Part shown: in pieces, positions 1 to 8,139 of the stretch
Position numbering within the stretch: the first letter of the stretch is position 1
Layout: each line of letters opens with the position of its first letter
Assembly (NCBI GenBank): GCA_026391655.1
Contig: JAPLDR010000019.1
Span: 5,399-49,817, forward strand
Length of the DNA: 44,419 bases
Reading direction: 5' to 3'
DNA from: Bacteroidia bacterium
Lineage (GTDB): Bacteria; Bacteroidota; Bacteroidia; Bacteroidales; Prolixibacteraceae
Translations under genes and position numbers: made by a program
The notes under the pieces: model-generated
Told to the model about the DNA's origin: nothing
The model's database searches: none
Seen by the model: the letters and a program-made list of their open reading frames with translations, nothing else

Positions 1-302
1 GTTTAATATTCGAGTTCATTGTCAATTTGCTGTGTCGTTGTCTTCCGCTTGTTCATAACATATCTGAACGGAAATCCCGTACACTATCTCCCAAATTAGC
101 TGGCTATGTACAGTTATTACCGTTTTATTTTTGCCAAGGTAAGTATTTATTATTTACAAATTGTCAAATGGGCTTGAAATATTTTATGAATTATTTTTGC
201 TAAGTGTGTGTAGATTTGGACTGTTTACTGTTCATATACCCCAATAATTCTTTTATATTTTAATGTTGTTTATTCTGTTTTGAAACTGACGAAGGGTTAT
301 TC

Positions 303-335
303 AGCCCTGTCAGGGTTTGGAACCCTGACAGGGCT
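303..335. repeat. Perfect 15-bp inverted repeat (agccctgtcagggtt / aaccctgacagggct) with a 3-nt loop, followed by ATTTCTT; terminator-like hairpin
   Basis: Read directly from the sequence. Each arm is itself a small palindrome (ccctg-t-caggg), so the structure is nested. Related GC-rich ccct..aggg palindromes recur at ~26592-26629 and ~42275-42295. Confidence 0.5.
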
Positions 336-446
336 ATTTCTTCGTGTACCTTCGGGTCTTAGTGTTCGTGGCCTCGCTTTCAATCTCGCTAGTCTCGTTT
401 TTAATACTTAATTCGAATAAATATTTCTATCGATCTCATCGATTTT

Positions 447-556
447 CACTTTTGAAAAGTGGTTCCACTTTTAGGAAGGATGGAACGATTGTTAAAAAGT
501 TTGGTTCGATATTTAGGAAGAATCGAACAATCGCTAATAAGTTTGGTTTAAAAACC
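447..556. repeat. 15-bp perfect palindrome CACTTTTGAAAAGTG (447-461), then ~2.5 degenerate tandem copies of a ~41-bp unit (454-494, 495-537, partial 538-556)
   Basis: Manual alignment of gaaaagtggttccacttttaggaaggatggaacgattgtta against aaaaagtttggttcgatatttaggaagaatcgaacaatcgcta, then aagtttggttt. Each unit holds a short inverted repeat (ggttcca../tggaacg, ttggttcgat../atcgaacaa). Confidence 0.45.
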
Positions 557-711
557 TTAAATTCATTTGTTTATCATCAAAATTAGTGTTTCCGCCCCCA
601 TTAAATTCGTCACGCATCGTGAGGCGTTTGCCGGCAACGGTGCAAAAAAATCCGTAGCCGGCACGCGAAACGAGTGCTTTCAGAAGCTTGACTCTTATAA
701 CAAAACCGTCA

Positions 712-3000
712 TTAATCCGATGTCTCTTTATCGGATCCTTTCTCTGTTTTAGTAATCTTTTTTGAAAGAAATCCGGCAATCAGGGGACCAAGGCTTGAAG
801 ATCCATCATTGCTGGTAACCAGCGTATCAGGCACAATCTTTACATTCCCTCCTGCTATTTTTTCGGCAACCTGAACGGCAATAACGCCTTCCTGTCCGAT
901 GGCCTGTTTTTGTTTTTCATAGGCTTCAGCTGTGGCGCTACCTTTTGCTTCAATTGCAACGCCTTCCGCTTTTCCAATGGCCTCTATCCCTTTTGCTTCT
1001 CCCTCTTTTTTCAGCCTGGTGGATTCTCCTTCGCCTTCCGCGAGGAGGATGGCCCTCTTTTTCATGTTATCGGCCACTTTCACGTCAATTTCGGAAGTCA
1101 CCAGGAGGGGCTGCATATTGGCTTCAGCGGTAGTTTTTTCCATCGAAATGCGCGATTGCTGGGCCAATTGCTGTTCGGCATACATGGCTTGCTGCTGCTG
1201 GGCGATGATACGTTCGGTCTGCTTTTTCATCAGGTCTTCAGGCAGTTGTATCTGGCAAATCAATACACTGACGAGTTCCACATGATATTTTCCAAGTTCT
1301 TTCCTGGTTCTGTCTTCCGCTTTTTGCTGTTCTTCATGCCGGTTCTGCATGAAGTTCATGGCTGAAGTGGCAGAAGCCTGGTTCCGGAAACTGGAATCGA
1401 TCATCGGGTGAATCACATGTTCAACAAGGTTTTGTATTGAACCTATTTTAGCAACCATGTAAGGCGCCTGATCGGGGCGCACGCGGATAACAACCTTTAC
1501 CGAAACATTGATGGAGAAACCATCGTGCGACACAACCCTTAGCGGATCGAAACGGGTTTCGGTGGATTCATCCCAATCGATGGTAATGTTGGTTGTATCC
1601 ACAATATATACAATGTAGGCCCTGCGATTGAGGTAATAAATACCCGGACCGGCTACCTCCTGCTGAATTCCCCTGAACCCCTTGGTCACGACATAGCGTT
1701 CAATACCAACGTCAACCCTGTTGTCCAGTGGTCTGGTATCACCTGTTGTGATATCACTCAGTTCTTTTTCCTCTTTTGCAATTGCTTCGGTAATTTCCAT
1801 AACCTGTTTGGGTTCAGCACCCACATTGGAAACGACCACAGCAACCTGACCGCGCTCAACAACGGCTACATCATCCAGCTCAACACTGAACATGAGCGGG
1901 TTAATATAGTATGTCCCCGGCTTCAAAACGTCAAACTGCGGCCCGCGCTGACCGCCATTCTCGAGAAACTTCGTGACATCCTGAAAATTATTATGTCCTT
2001 CGATGGGTTTGGCGACATATTCGGTTTCGGGCAGCGGTCGTCCATCCCTGGCAACAACGATACCTATTTTTTTATCGGGAATCACTATTGTATCCTTGAT
2101 TTCAACCCTGAACAGTGCCGTGTTGATACGGTATTTACCGGGCAACAGGATGGATGTTTGAGGCCCTTTTTCTCCGCCTTTATTCAGAAAAGCTTCTCCA
2201 TCTTCAAAATAGCTGTGATCATTAATCGCTTTTGCAAGCAAACGCCCGCCGCTGATGGGCTTTCCATCCTGGGAAGTAACAACACCGACCTGTCCTTTTT
2301 CAACAACGGTAATGGGTACTGGTGTCACTTTGAACAAACGGGTATTGATACGAAAATTTCCCGGTGGAAGCGTTTTAATCTGGGGACCTTTTTCTCCGCC
2401 GTTCTTCAAAAATGCCGCCCCATCCTGGAACAGATCGCAGTCCACCACTTTCCCGAAAATACGACCCGAAGGGATTGGCTCCCCGGCAATGGATTCGACA
2501 ATGCCTATCTCGTTTTCATGGATAATAATTACTGGTTGCTTGCTAATGTTGAAAAGCAACGGATTGATCCTGTATATACCGGGAGGAAGAATCGGGATTT
2601 GAGGGCCTTTTTCACCCTTGTTTTGCAAGAAAGCCTCTCCATCCTGGAAAAGGTTACATTCGGCAGGACTGGCAAAGATTTTGCCCGATGGCATTGGGTT
2701 TCCATCCATCGAAATGATCATCCCTACTTCATCATTTCCTATGATGATGAAGTCTTCCCTCTTTCTCTTATAGATGAAAGGGATCATAAAATACAAACCC
2801 GGGCCTTTGGTCCTTGCCTGAACTCCTATTTCGTTACTCATGGCAAAAACCCGGTCCTTGGGCATTTGCCTGCCGAACCAGCGTCGTTCAAGAACTTTAA
2901 TTTCTTTCCCTCCAACGATTAAAATGGAGCTGAAAATCGTGATCAGCAGGAGTAATCCGCCGAGCGCGATTAAAAACAGAGTTATATTAAATTCATTCAT
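712..3000 (-). CDS. Flotillin/SPFH (band-7) family membrane protein carrying four internal N-terminal ~68-aa repeats
   Basis: 762-aa ORF. It has an N-terminal TM helix (ITLFLIALGGLLLLITIF). Four tandem repeats follow with the pattern DG.P.P.G..F.....FQDG.AFL.N.GEKGPQ...L.PG.YRIN.LF. After these come an SPFH-like core and a C-terminal coiled-coil rich in E/A/K/Q (KKEGEAKGIEAIGKAEGVAIEAKGSATAEAYEKQKQA), typical of flotillin/YqiK-like proteins. Stop codon is TAA. Confidence 0.7.
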   Translation of the reverse strand: MNEFNITLFLIALGGLLLLITIFSSILIVGGKEIKVLERRWFGRQMPKDRVFAMSNEIGVQARTKGPGLYFMIPFIYKRKREDFIIIGNDEVGMIISMDGNPMPSGKIFASPAECNLFQDGEAFLQNKGEKGPQIPILPPGIYRINPLLFNISKQPVIIIHENEIGIVESIAGEPIPSGRIFGKVVDCDLFQDGAAFLKNGGEKGPQIKTLPPGNFRINTRLFKVTPVPITVVEKGQVGVVTSQDGKPISGGRLLAKAINDHSYFEDGEAFLNKGGEKGPQTSILLPGKYRINTALFRVEIKDTIVIPDKKIGIVVARDGRPLPETEYVAKPIEGHNNFQDVTKFLENGGQRGPQFDVLKPGTYYINPLMFSVELDDVAVVERGQVAVVVSNVGAEPKQVMEITEAIAKEEKELSDITTGDTRPLDNRVDVGIERYVVTKGFRGIQQEVAGPGIYYLNRRAYIVYIVDTTNITIDWDESTETRFDPLRVVSHDGFSINVSVKVVIRVRPDQAPYMVAKIGSIQNLVEHVIHPMIDSSFRNQASATSAMNFMQNRHEEQQKAEDRTRKELGKYHVELVSVLICQIQLPEDLMKKQTERIIAQQQQAMYAEQQLAQQSRISMEKTTAEANMQPLLVTSEIDVKVADNMKKRAILLAEGEGESTRLKKEGEAKGIEAIGKAEGVAIEAKGSATAEAYEKQKQAIGQEGVIAVQVAEKIAGGNVKIVPDTLVTSNDGSSSLGPLIAGFLSKKITKTEKGSDKETSD

Positions 3001-3208
3001 TTGGTGAGTATTTTAATGACGAGATAAAAGTAATGAAACCAATGATCATAAAAAACCAAAAAAATAAATTTTTTCAGGAAGTTGATTCATTACGATCCCA
3101 ATTAAAAGTCAGGTTTTGATGCTGCGGGGAAAGAGATGATAGTGGTTTTTCAGTTGCAGGTATTGATAACCCAAAACCCACTCTGTGAAAATATCGTGTG
3201 TTGTCTCA

Positions 3209-4072
3209 TTACCTGGTAAAATTCAAGGTTTCTCCTTTTTTGCCTAAATTCTTCATATCCGATTTATCAACGTAGATTCCCTTAATGCTTTTTTTATCGG
3301 ATGCCATAGTGAAAATTCCCACAAAAGACTGACTTCCATCTTTATGTACTGCCAAATAATAGAGGCATTCGCCTAAAGGAATTCCAAAAATAAAAACTGC
3401 CGATTTAGGAATAACTTTATAGGTTTCTGTATCCCAATACATACCTCGCGTAGTCTTTTCATGTATTTTAAATGACTTTAAGGTATAATAGCCATAATAG
3501 CAGTCATTAAGTTTATCGAGTTCCAATGGAATTGTCTCTTTTTTCTCGTTACAGGACCAAATACCTGACCAGTCATAGTCTGACGAATTTTGGCTTTGGT
3601 TAAGTTCGACAGATTGCTTTTTTCCGGCAGTAAAACACCCTTTAACCTCTTGCATTCCTTTGGCATCGCCATGTTTGCAATAGACGTTTTCTTTTTTACC
3701 ATCATCTTTCATAACCATAAATCCTTCGCCTTTTTGATGATCAATGCTCTTCAAATTGCCATTTAATGCTAAGGTCTCATAGTTATACCTGATGCCATTC
3801 CCATTTAATTTTCCTTTTAAAATCCGAATGTAACCTGCATCTTCACTCGCACAAAATCCGACAATGCTATCACCCACGGGAAGTAAAACCATCATTCCCT
3901 GCCCAATTTCGTCGTATTTGGAAGTCAAATAAAATCCTGCCCAATCAGCATTCGTAAATTTAACCTCTTCCTTAAACATCTTTTGGGGTACCAACTGCAA
4001 AAATGGTTGTGCTATCGTGTTATCAAACAATGCAACAACCATGAAAAACGAAATTAATGCCGCCTTTTTCAT
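3209..4072 (-). CDS. Hypothetical secreted protein (signal peptide, 287 aa)
   Basis: ORF with N-terminal signal-peptide-like MKKAALISFFMVVALFDNTIAQ. I recognise no family motif. Same strand as the flotillin gene, which lies ~208 bp downstream. Confidence 0.5.
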   Translation of the reverse strand: MKKAALISFFMVVALFDNTIAQPFLQLVPQKMFKEEVKFTNADWAGFYLTSKYDEIGQGMMVLLPVGDSIVGFCASEDAGYIRILKGKLNGNGIRYNYETLALNGNLKSIDHQKGEGFMVMKDDGKKENVYCKHGDAKGMQEVKGCFTAGKKQSVELNQSQNSSDYDWSGIWSCNEKKETIPLELDKLNDCYYGYYTLKSFKIHEKTTRGMYWDTETYKVIPKSAVFIFGIPLGECLYYLAVHKDGSQSFVGIFTMASDKKSIKGIYVDKSDMKNLGKKGETLNFTR

Positions 4073-4351
4073 CTTGCTCTTATATTAGTTAACAAATAGA
4101 TATAATCATCTCAAAGTTAAAAAATAATTATTTTGCTGTCATGCTGCTTCACAAAAAAAATTAGCTTTTTTTTGTCGAATACTAAAAAAAATGTTTTTCT
4201 CTATGCGAAATATAGCTTTGGTATTCTGGTGTTCTACAATAATATATCCGTTACGCGGAAAGTTTTGAAAATAAAGCCAATAAGGTTTTTAGTGGTGGTT
4301 TTCCCCTGGGCTGCTAAGGTTAAAGATTGAAAATAAGGTTTTTAGATAAAA

Positions 4352-4471
4352 GTGATAGTCTGACTTCTTCAGGTCATGGACAAGTCAGGCTATCACTATC
4401 ACACTTTTTCAGGTCATGGACAAGTCAGGCTATCACTATCACACTTTTTCAGATCATGGACAAGTCAGGCT
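4352..4471. repeat. Structured tandem repeat: 40-bp unit caggtcatggacaagtcaggctatcactatcacacttttt x2 (4370-4409, 4410-4449) plus a partial third copy (4450-4471), preceded by an inverted partner gtgatagtctgactt (4352-4366)
   Basis: Two identical 40-bp units and a 22-bp partial unit read directly. The segment 4352-4366 is the reverse complement of aagtcag(g)ctatcac inside each unit, so a 15-bp stem is possible (one U-G wobble in RNA). There are no interspersed spacers, so this is not CRISPR. It lies between the stop of the 4482-4907 (-) ORF and the start of the 3209-4072 (-) ORF. Confidence 0.6.
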
Positions 4472-4481
4472 CTCCCTGCTC

Positions 4482-4907
4482 TCACTTACTTGCTGAAAGA
4501 ACAGCAATCCGCTCTTTGAGCAGACTTTTTCGCTCTTCGCGTTTGGTTGACCAGGTTTTATCCTCCTGCTCGAGGAATTCGAGTAACACTAAAGATTTTT
4601 CGTAATAAATAAGGCTGTTGCTTAGCTTATTCTGGGCTTCGCTCAATGTCGCTTCGGCAAAGAAGAGCTCGGAAAGAACAGTCAAATGACCGTTTGTGTA
4701 GTTATGATCGTTAAGCAATTTATCGGTTAACTGTTCCTTTGGAATAAGCTGGAAAAAGGAGGCGTCATGCCTGAGTAGTTCGTAATAGCTCCTTTCGAGT
4801 ATTTTTTCGGCTTGTTCATAATCGCCCTTTTTGATTAAACCCAGCAGCGCGGCAATCAAATCGCCGATCATCTCAATCATCCTTAAAATATAATCTTTCT
4901 GAAACAT
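4482..4907 (-). CDS. Hypothetical small alpha-helical protein (141 aa)
   Basis: ORF with no signal peptide and a charged helical composition. No family recognised. TGA stop. First gene of a possible three-gene minus-strand unit ending with the flotillin gene. Confidence 0.4.
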   Translation of the reverse strand: MFQKDYILRMIEMIGDLIAALLGLIKKGDYEQAEKILERSYYELLRHDASFFQLIPKEQLTDKLLNDHNYTNGHLTVLSELFFAEATLSEAQNKLSNSLIYYEKSLVLLEFLEQEDKTWSTKREERKSLLKERIAVLSASK

Positions 4908-5114
4908 AGGTAGTTTCTTTCTTTTTGTTTGTAAGTACCGTACAAATCTAAAAAATGTTTAATCATTATTTTTTATACTTTCATCCTCAAATAATTTGTT
5001 TTTAAAGGCCGGATAGTTTCATACCGAAAAATTTAACATTTCGTTTTTTATCAGTAAAGATACACTGTAAGCATAGAGGATTCAAATTATAAACCTCGGA
5101 TTAAAATTAAAACG

Positions 5115-7622
5115 ATGAATATGTTACACTTAAAACGGTTCTTCCTTTCTGTATCAGTCATTCTTTTCATTAATATTTTTGCAATCGGCCCGGCGAAATC
5201 ACAAACTTCCGGCAAAGAACTGGTATTAAACAGCAAAGATTATTTTGAACGCCCGGGATTGAATGTCCTGGTTTTCAGTAATTGGTACAACGGATTGTTC
5301 AGCGATTCAAAAATGAGCGGTATCGAACTGATTCACCATGAAGTACGTACTGCAACAAACGGGGATGTTCGTTTAAGCCCGACTCCAACACAATGGGATC
5401 CGATACCCACCTTTGTTGAACGGAAAGTTATTAAGGAATCACAATGTATAGAAGCATATTTGAAATACCCGGATTTTAATTTTAATTACACGATTAAAGC
5501 CGTTCCTCAGGAGGAAGGGATCGTGATTACAGTGATTCTGGATAAACCACTTCCTGAAGCTTTGATTGGAAAAGCTGGTTTTAATTTTGAATTTCTACCG
5601 GCTTCCTATTTTGAAAAAACATATATGACAGATGGACAGAGCCATTTATTTCCTCTTTACCCATCAGGACCGACCAAAGTTGATAGTAAGGGTATTGCAA
5701 ATCCTTTGCCACTTGCGAAAGGAAAGAAAATAGTTCTTGCTCCGGAAGATCCTGAGCGTCTGGTTACAATTGAATCGAAAACCGGCGGGCTTGCCATTTA
5801 TGACGGACGAAATAATGCTCAAAACGGATGGTTTGTTGTCAGAAGTCTGATTCCCGCTAATAAAACCGGAAAAGTAATTGAATGGTTTATTTCAGCGAAT
5901 ACCATTGAAGGATGGATACGGAAGCCGGTAATTGCCCATTCGCAGGTTGGTTATTTTCCAGCTCAAACCAAAGTGGCCATTATTGAGTATGACCGGAATG
6001 ACAAGTCGGATTACCTGACTAAACTGATTAAAATATTACCTGACGGGAAAAGGGTTGATGTGCTTTCCAAAAAGATAAAATCCCGTGAGAATTATCTTAG
6101 GTATCAATATGGCAGGTTTGATTTTTCATCGGTTGCCGACCCCGGTTTGTATATTCTTGAATACGGCGATGTACATACAAAACCTTTTAAAATTGCCAAA
6201 GATATTTATGTATCAGCCTGGCAACCTACACTCGATATCTTTTTCCCGGTTCAGATGGATCATATGTTTGTCAAGGAGGCGTACCGGGTTTGGCATGGAG
6301 CAGCTCATCTCGATGATGCATTACAGGCTCCGGTAAACCACGAGCACTTTGATTTATATGCACAGGGACCTACTACCGATACACCATATCAACCGGGCGA
6401 ACATATTCCGGGGCTGAATATTGGCGGTTGGTTCGATGCGGGGGATTATGATATCCGTACCCAAACCCATTACAAGGTTGTAACAAGACTGGTCGAAGCC
6501 TGGGAACTTTTTAAACCAATGCGTGACGAAACATCCATCAATCAGGAAACCCGATATGTGGAAATGCATTCGCCCGACGGAAAACCAGATATCCTTCAAC
6601 AAATTGAACAGGGAGTTTTGGCGCTGATAGCGCAGTACAGATCATGTGGACATGCAATCCCGGGAATTATCGATGCTAACCTGTCGCAATACCCTCACCT
6701 TGGCGATGCAGTAACAATGACTGATAACCTGGTTTATAAGAAAAGCCTTGGGATAAATGAAACCAATGGCTTTGAAAGCGGGAAATCTGACGATCGTTGG
6801 GCTTTTACAAGCAAATCGACGCCGTTAAATTATGGTTCCATTGCTGCATTAACTGCTGCCAGCAGGGTTTTACGCGGCTTTAATGATAAACTTGCAGAAG
6901 AATGTCTTGCCATATCAAAAAAGGTTTGGGAGGATGAACATAGTCATAAACCTGACCTTTTCAGTTTTGGTAATACAACTGGTGGACAATTGCAGGAAGA
7001 AGAGTTGAAAGCTGCTGTCGAACTGTTGATTACAACAAAGGATAATAAATATGCCATTCAGGTGCAGGAGTTGTGGAATGAACTTTCTCCTAAATTTGAC
7101 TCGTATGTTGTAAATTTTGTTCGGTCTATTCCGTATTTGGAAGCCGAATTTGCTGAAAAAGTTAAAGCCAAAGTAATTGAAATGCAAAACAACCGGCGAA
7201 GCAATGGCGAACAGAATCCGTTTGGTGTCCCAATTTCGCGGGGAGGCTGGGCCGGCAACGGTAGAATAATCGAAATCGGTATCGCCAATTATTATATGCA
7301 TAAGTCCTTCCCTGAGATTGTTACTCCGGATTTGACGTTTAAAGCACTTGAATATATTTATGGCTGTCATCCCGGTTCCGATATTTCATTCGTTTCAGGA
7401 GTTGGAACCGTTTCCAAAAAGATTGCTTATGGAAATAACCGGGCAGATTATTCTTTCATTGCCGGCGGAATAGTGCCTGGCGTTCTGATCCTTCCTCCTG
7501 ATTTTCCTGAAAACAAGGAGGATTGGCCTTTCCTGTGGGGAGAAAATGAATATGTAATTAATGTTGGATCAAGCTATATTTTTCTGGTACACGCGGCTTT
7601 GGATTTGTTAAATGAAAAATAG
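5115..7622 (+). CDS. Glycoside hydrolase family 9-like enzyme with N-terminal signal peptide and Ig-like N-domain
   Basis: The motif NIGGWFDAGDYDIRTQTH matches the GH9 GGWYDAGDH box. The C-terminus ENEYVINVGSSYIFLVHAA resembles the GH9 C-terminal consensus (tNEvAi.wNAplvfl.A). Signal peptide MNMLHLKRFFLSVSVILFINIFAIG. TAG stop. Confidence 0.5.
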   Translation: MNMLHLKRFFLSVSVILFINIFAIGPAKSQTSGKELVLNSKDYFERPGLNVLVFSNWYNGLFSDSKMSGIELIHHEVRTATNGDVRLSPTPTQWDPIPTFVERKVIKESQCIEAYLKYPDFNFNYTIKAVPQEEGIVITVILDKPLPEALIGKAGFNFEFLPASYFEKTYMTDGQSHLFPLYPSGPTKVDSKGIANPLPLAKGKKIVLAPEDPERLVTIESKTGGLAIYDGRNNAQNGWFVVRSLIPANKTGKVIEWFISANTIEGWIRKPVIAHSQVGYFPAQTKVAIIEYDRNDKSDYLTKLIKILPDGKRVDVLSKKIKSRENYLRYQYGRFDFSSVADPGLYILEYGDVHTKPFKIAKDIYVSAWQPTLDIFFPVQMDHMFVKEAYRVWHGAAHLDDALQAPVNHEHFDLYAQGPTTDTPYQPGEHIPGLNIGGWFDAGDYDIRTQTHYKVVTRLVEAWELFKPMRDETSINQETRYVEMHSPDGKPDILQQIEQGVLALIAQYRSCGHAIPGIIDANLSQYPHLGDAVTMTDNLVYKKSLGINETNGFESGKSDDRWAFTSKSTPLNYGSIAALTAASRVLRGFNDKLAEECLAISKKVWEDEHSHKPDLFSFGNTTGGQLQEEELKAAVELLITTKDNKYAIQVQELWNELSPKFDSYVVNFVRSIPYLEAEFAEKVKAKVIEMQNNRRSNGEQNPFGVPISRGGWAGNGRIIEIGIANYYMHKSFPEIVTPDLTFKALEYIYGCHPGSDISFVSGVGTVSKKIAYGNNRADYSFIAGGIVPGVLILPPDFPENKEDWPFLWGENEYVINVGSSYIFLVHAALDLLNEK

Positions 7623-8139
7623 TCGTTGAATGCTTTTCATTGTGGTTTTTATAAAAGTAGATTGTGAAAACGGCGGGCAGATTAAACCCTGTCTGCTGTT
7701 GTTCCGGAAGGTTGAAAATTTTATTTTTGCTAAATGAATCATCAAGGTTACCAATAGAAATACTAAATTTGTTAAAGCAGTTAATAATCAAAAGATTTTC
7801 AGTTTTTCTATTTTAAATTTATTGAAAAAGTCAACCCGAAACAAGTAAGGACCTATTTTTCACCGACACTGAATTTTTTTGGGAAAGAGGGTTAAAGGTT
7901 CGCCATATCGTTTGATAAAGAGTCTCCTCTAAAACCAGGCTATCCGGGACCGCCGGTAAGTTATAATCCTGCTTTCGCAAGGAGTTATCGCTTAGGTCAA
8001 TAGTAGCGAGGCAGGAAATTATATTAGACAGATTATTGTTTTTCAGAACATAAATCATTTTGATACTGAATCACATTTAAATCTTGCTCGTACTATATCC
8101 AAAATTATTACTTTTAGCTGTTTTTAAGTTTCTATCGAA

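Noticed and set aside
344-586. 80-aa ORF (GTG start) with hydrophobic N-terminus and FRK-rich repeats
   Set aside because: Its repetitiveness simply mirrors the underlying 41-bp DNA tandem repeat. It has an alternative start codon and no supporting context, so it is probably non-coding.
1993-2922. 309-aa ORF antisense to the flotillin gene (and other long antisense ORFs, e.g. 910-1365, 12301-12630, 17243-17757, 19385-19759, 27122-27598)
   Set aside because: They lie fully inside strong, motif-bearing genes on the opposite strand, with odd composition (W/C/F/H-rich). These are shadow ORFs.
4352-4471. Possible CRISPR array
   Set aside because: The 40-bp units are directly adjacent with no spacers, there are only 2.5 copies, and no cas genes are nearby. 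It is a tandem repeat, not CRISPR.
4327-4605. 92-aa ORF spanning the 40-bp tandem repeats
   Set aside because: Its translation is dominated by the repeat. It overlaps the 3' end of the convergent 4482-4907 gene and is not credible as a gene.
7623-8139. 517-bp AT-rich intergenic region with several 70-77-aa ORFs
   Set aside because: No signal, motif or structure could be supported. It is most likely the promoter/leader of the regulator gene. A Bacteroidetes -7 TAnnTTTG box could not be placed confidently by eye.
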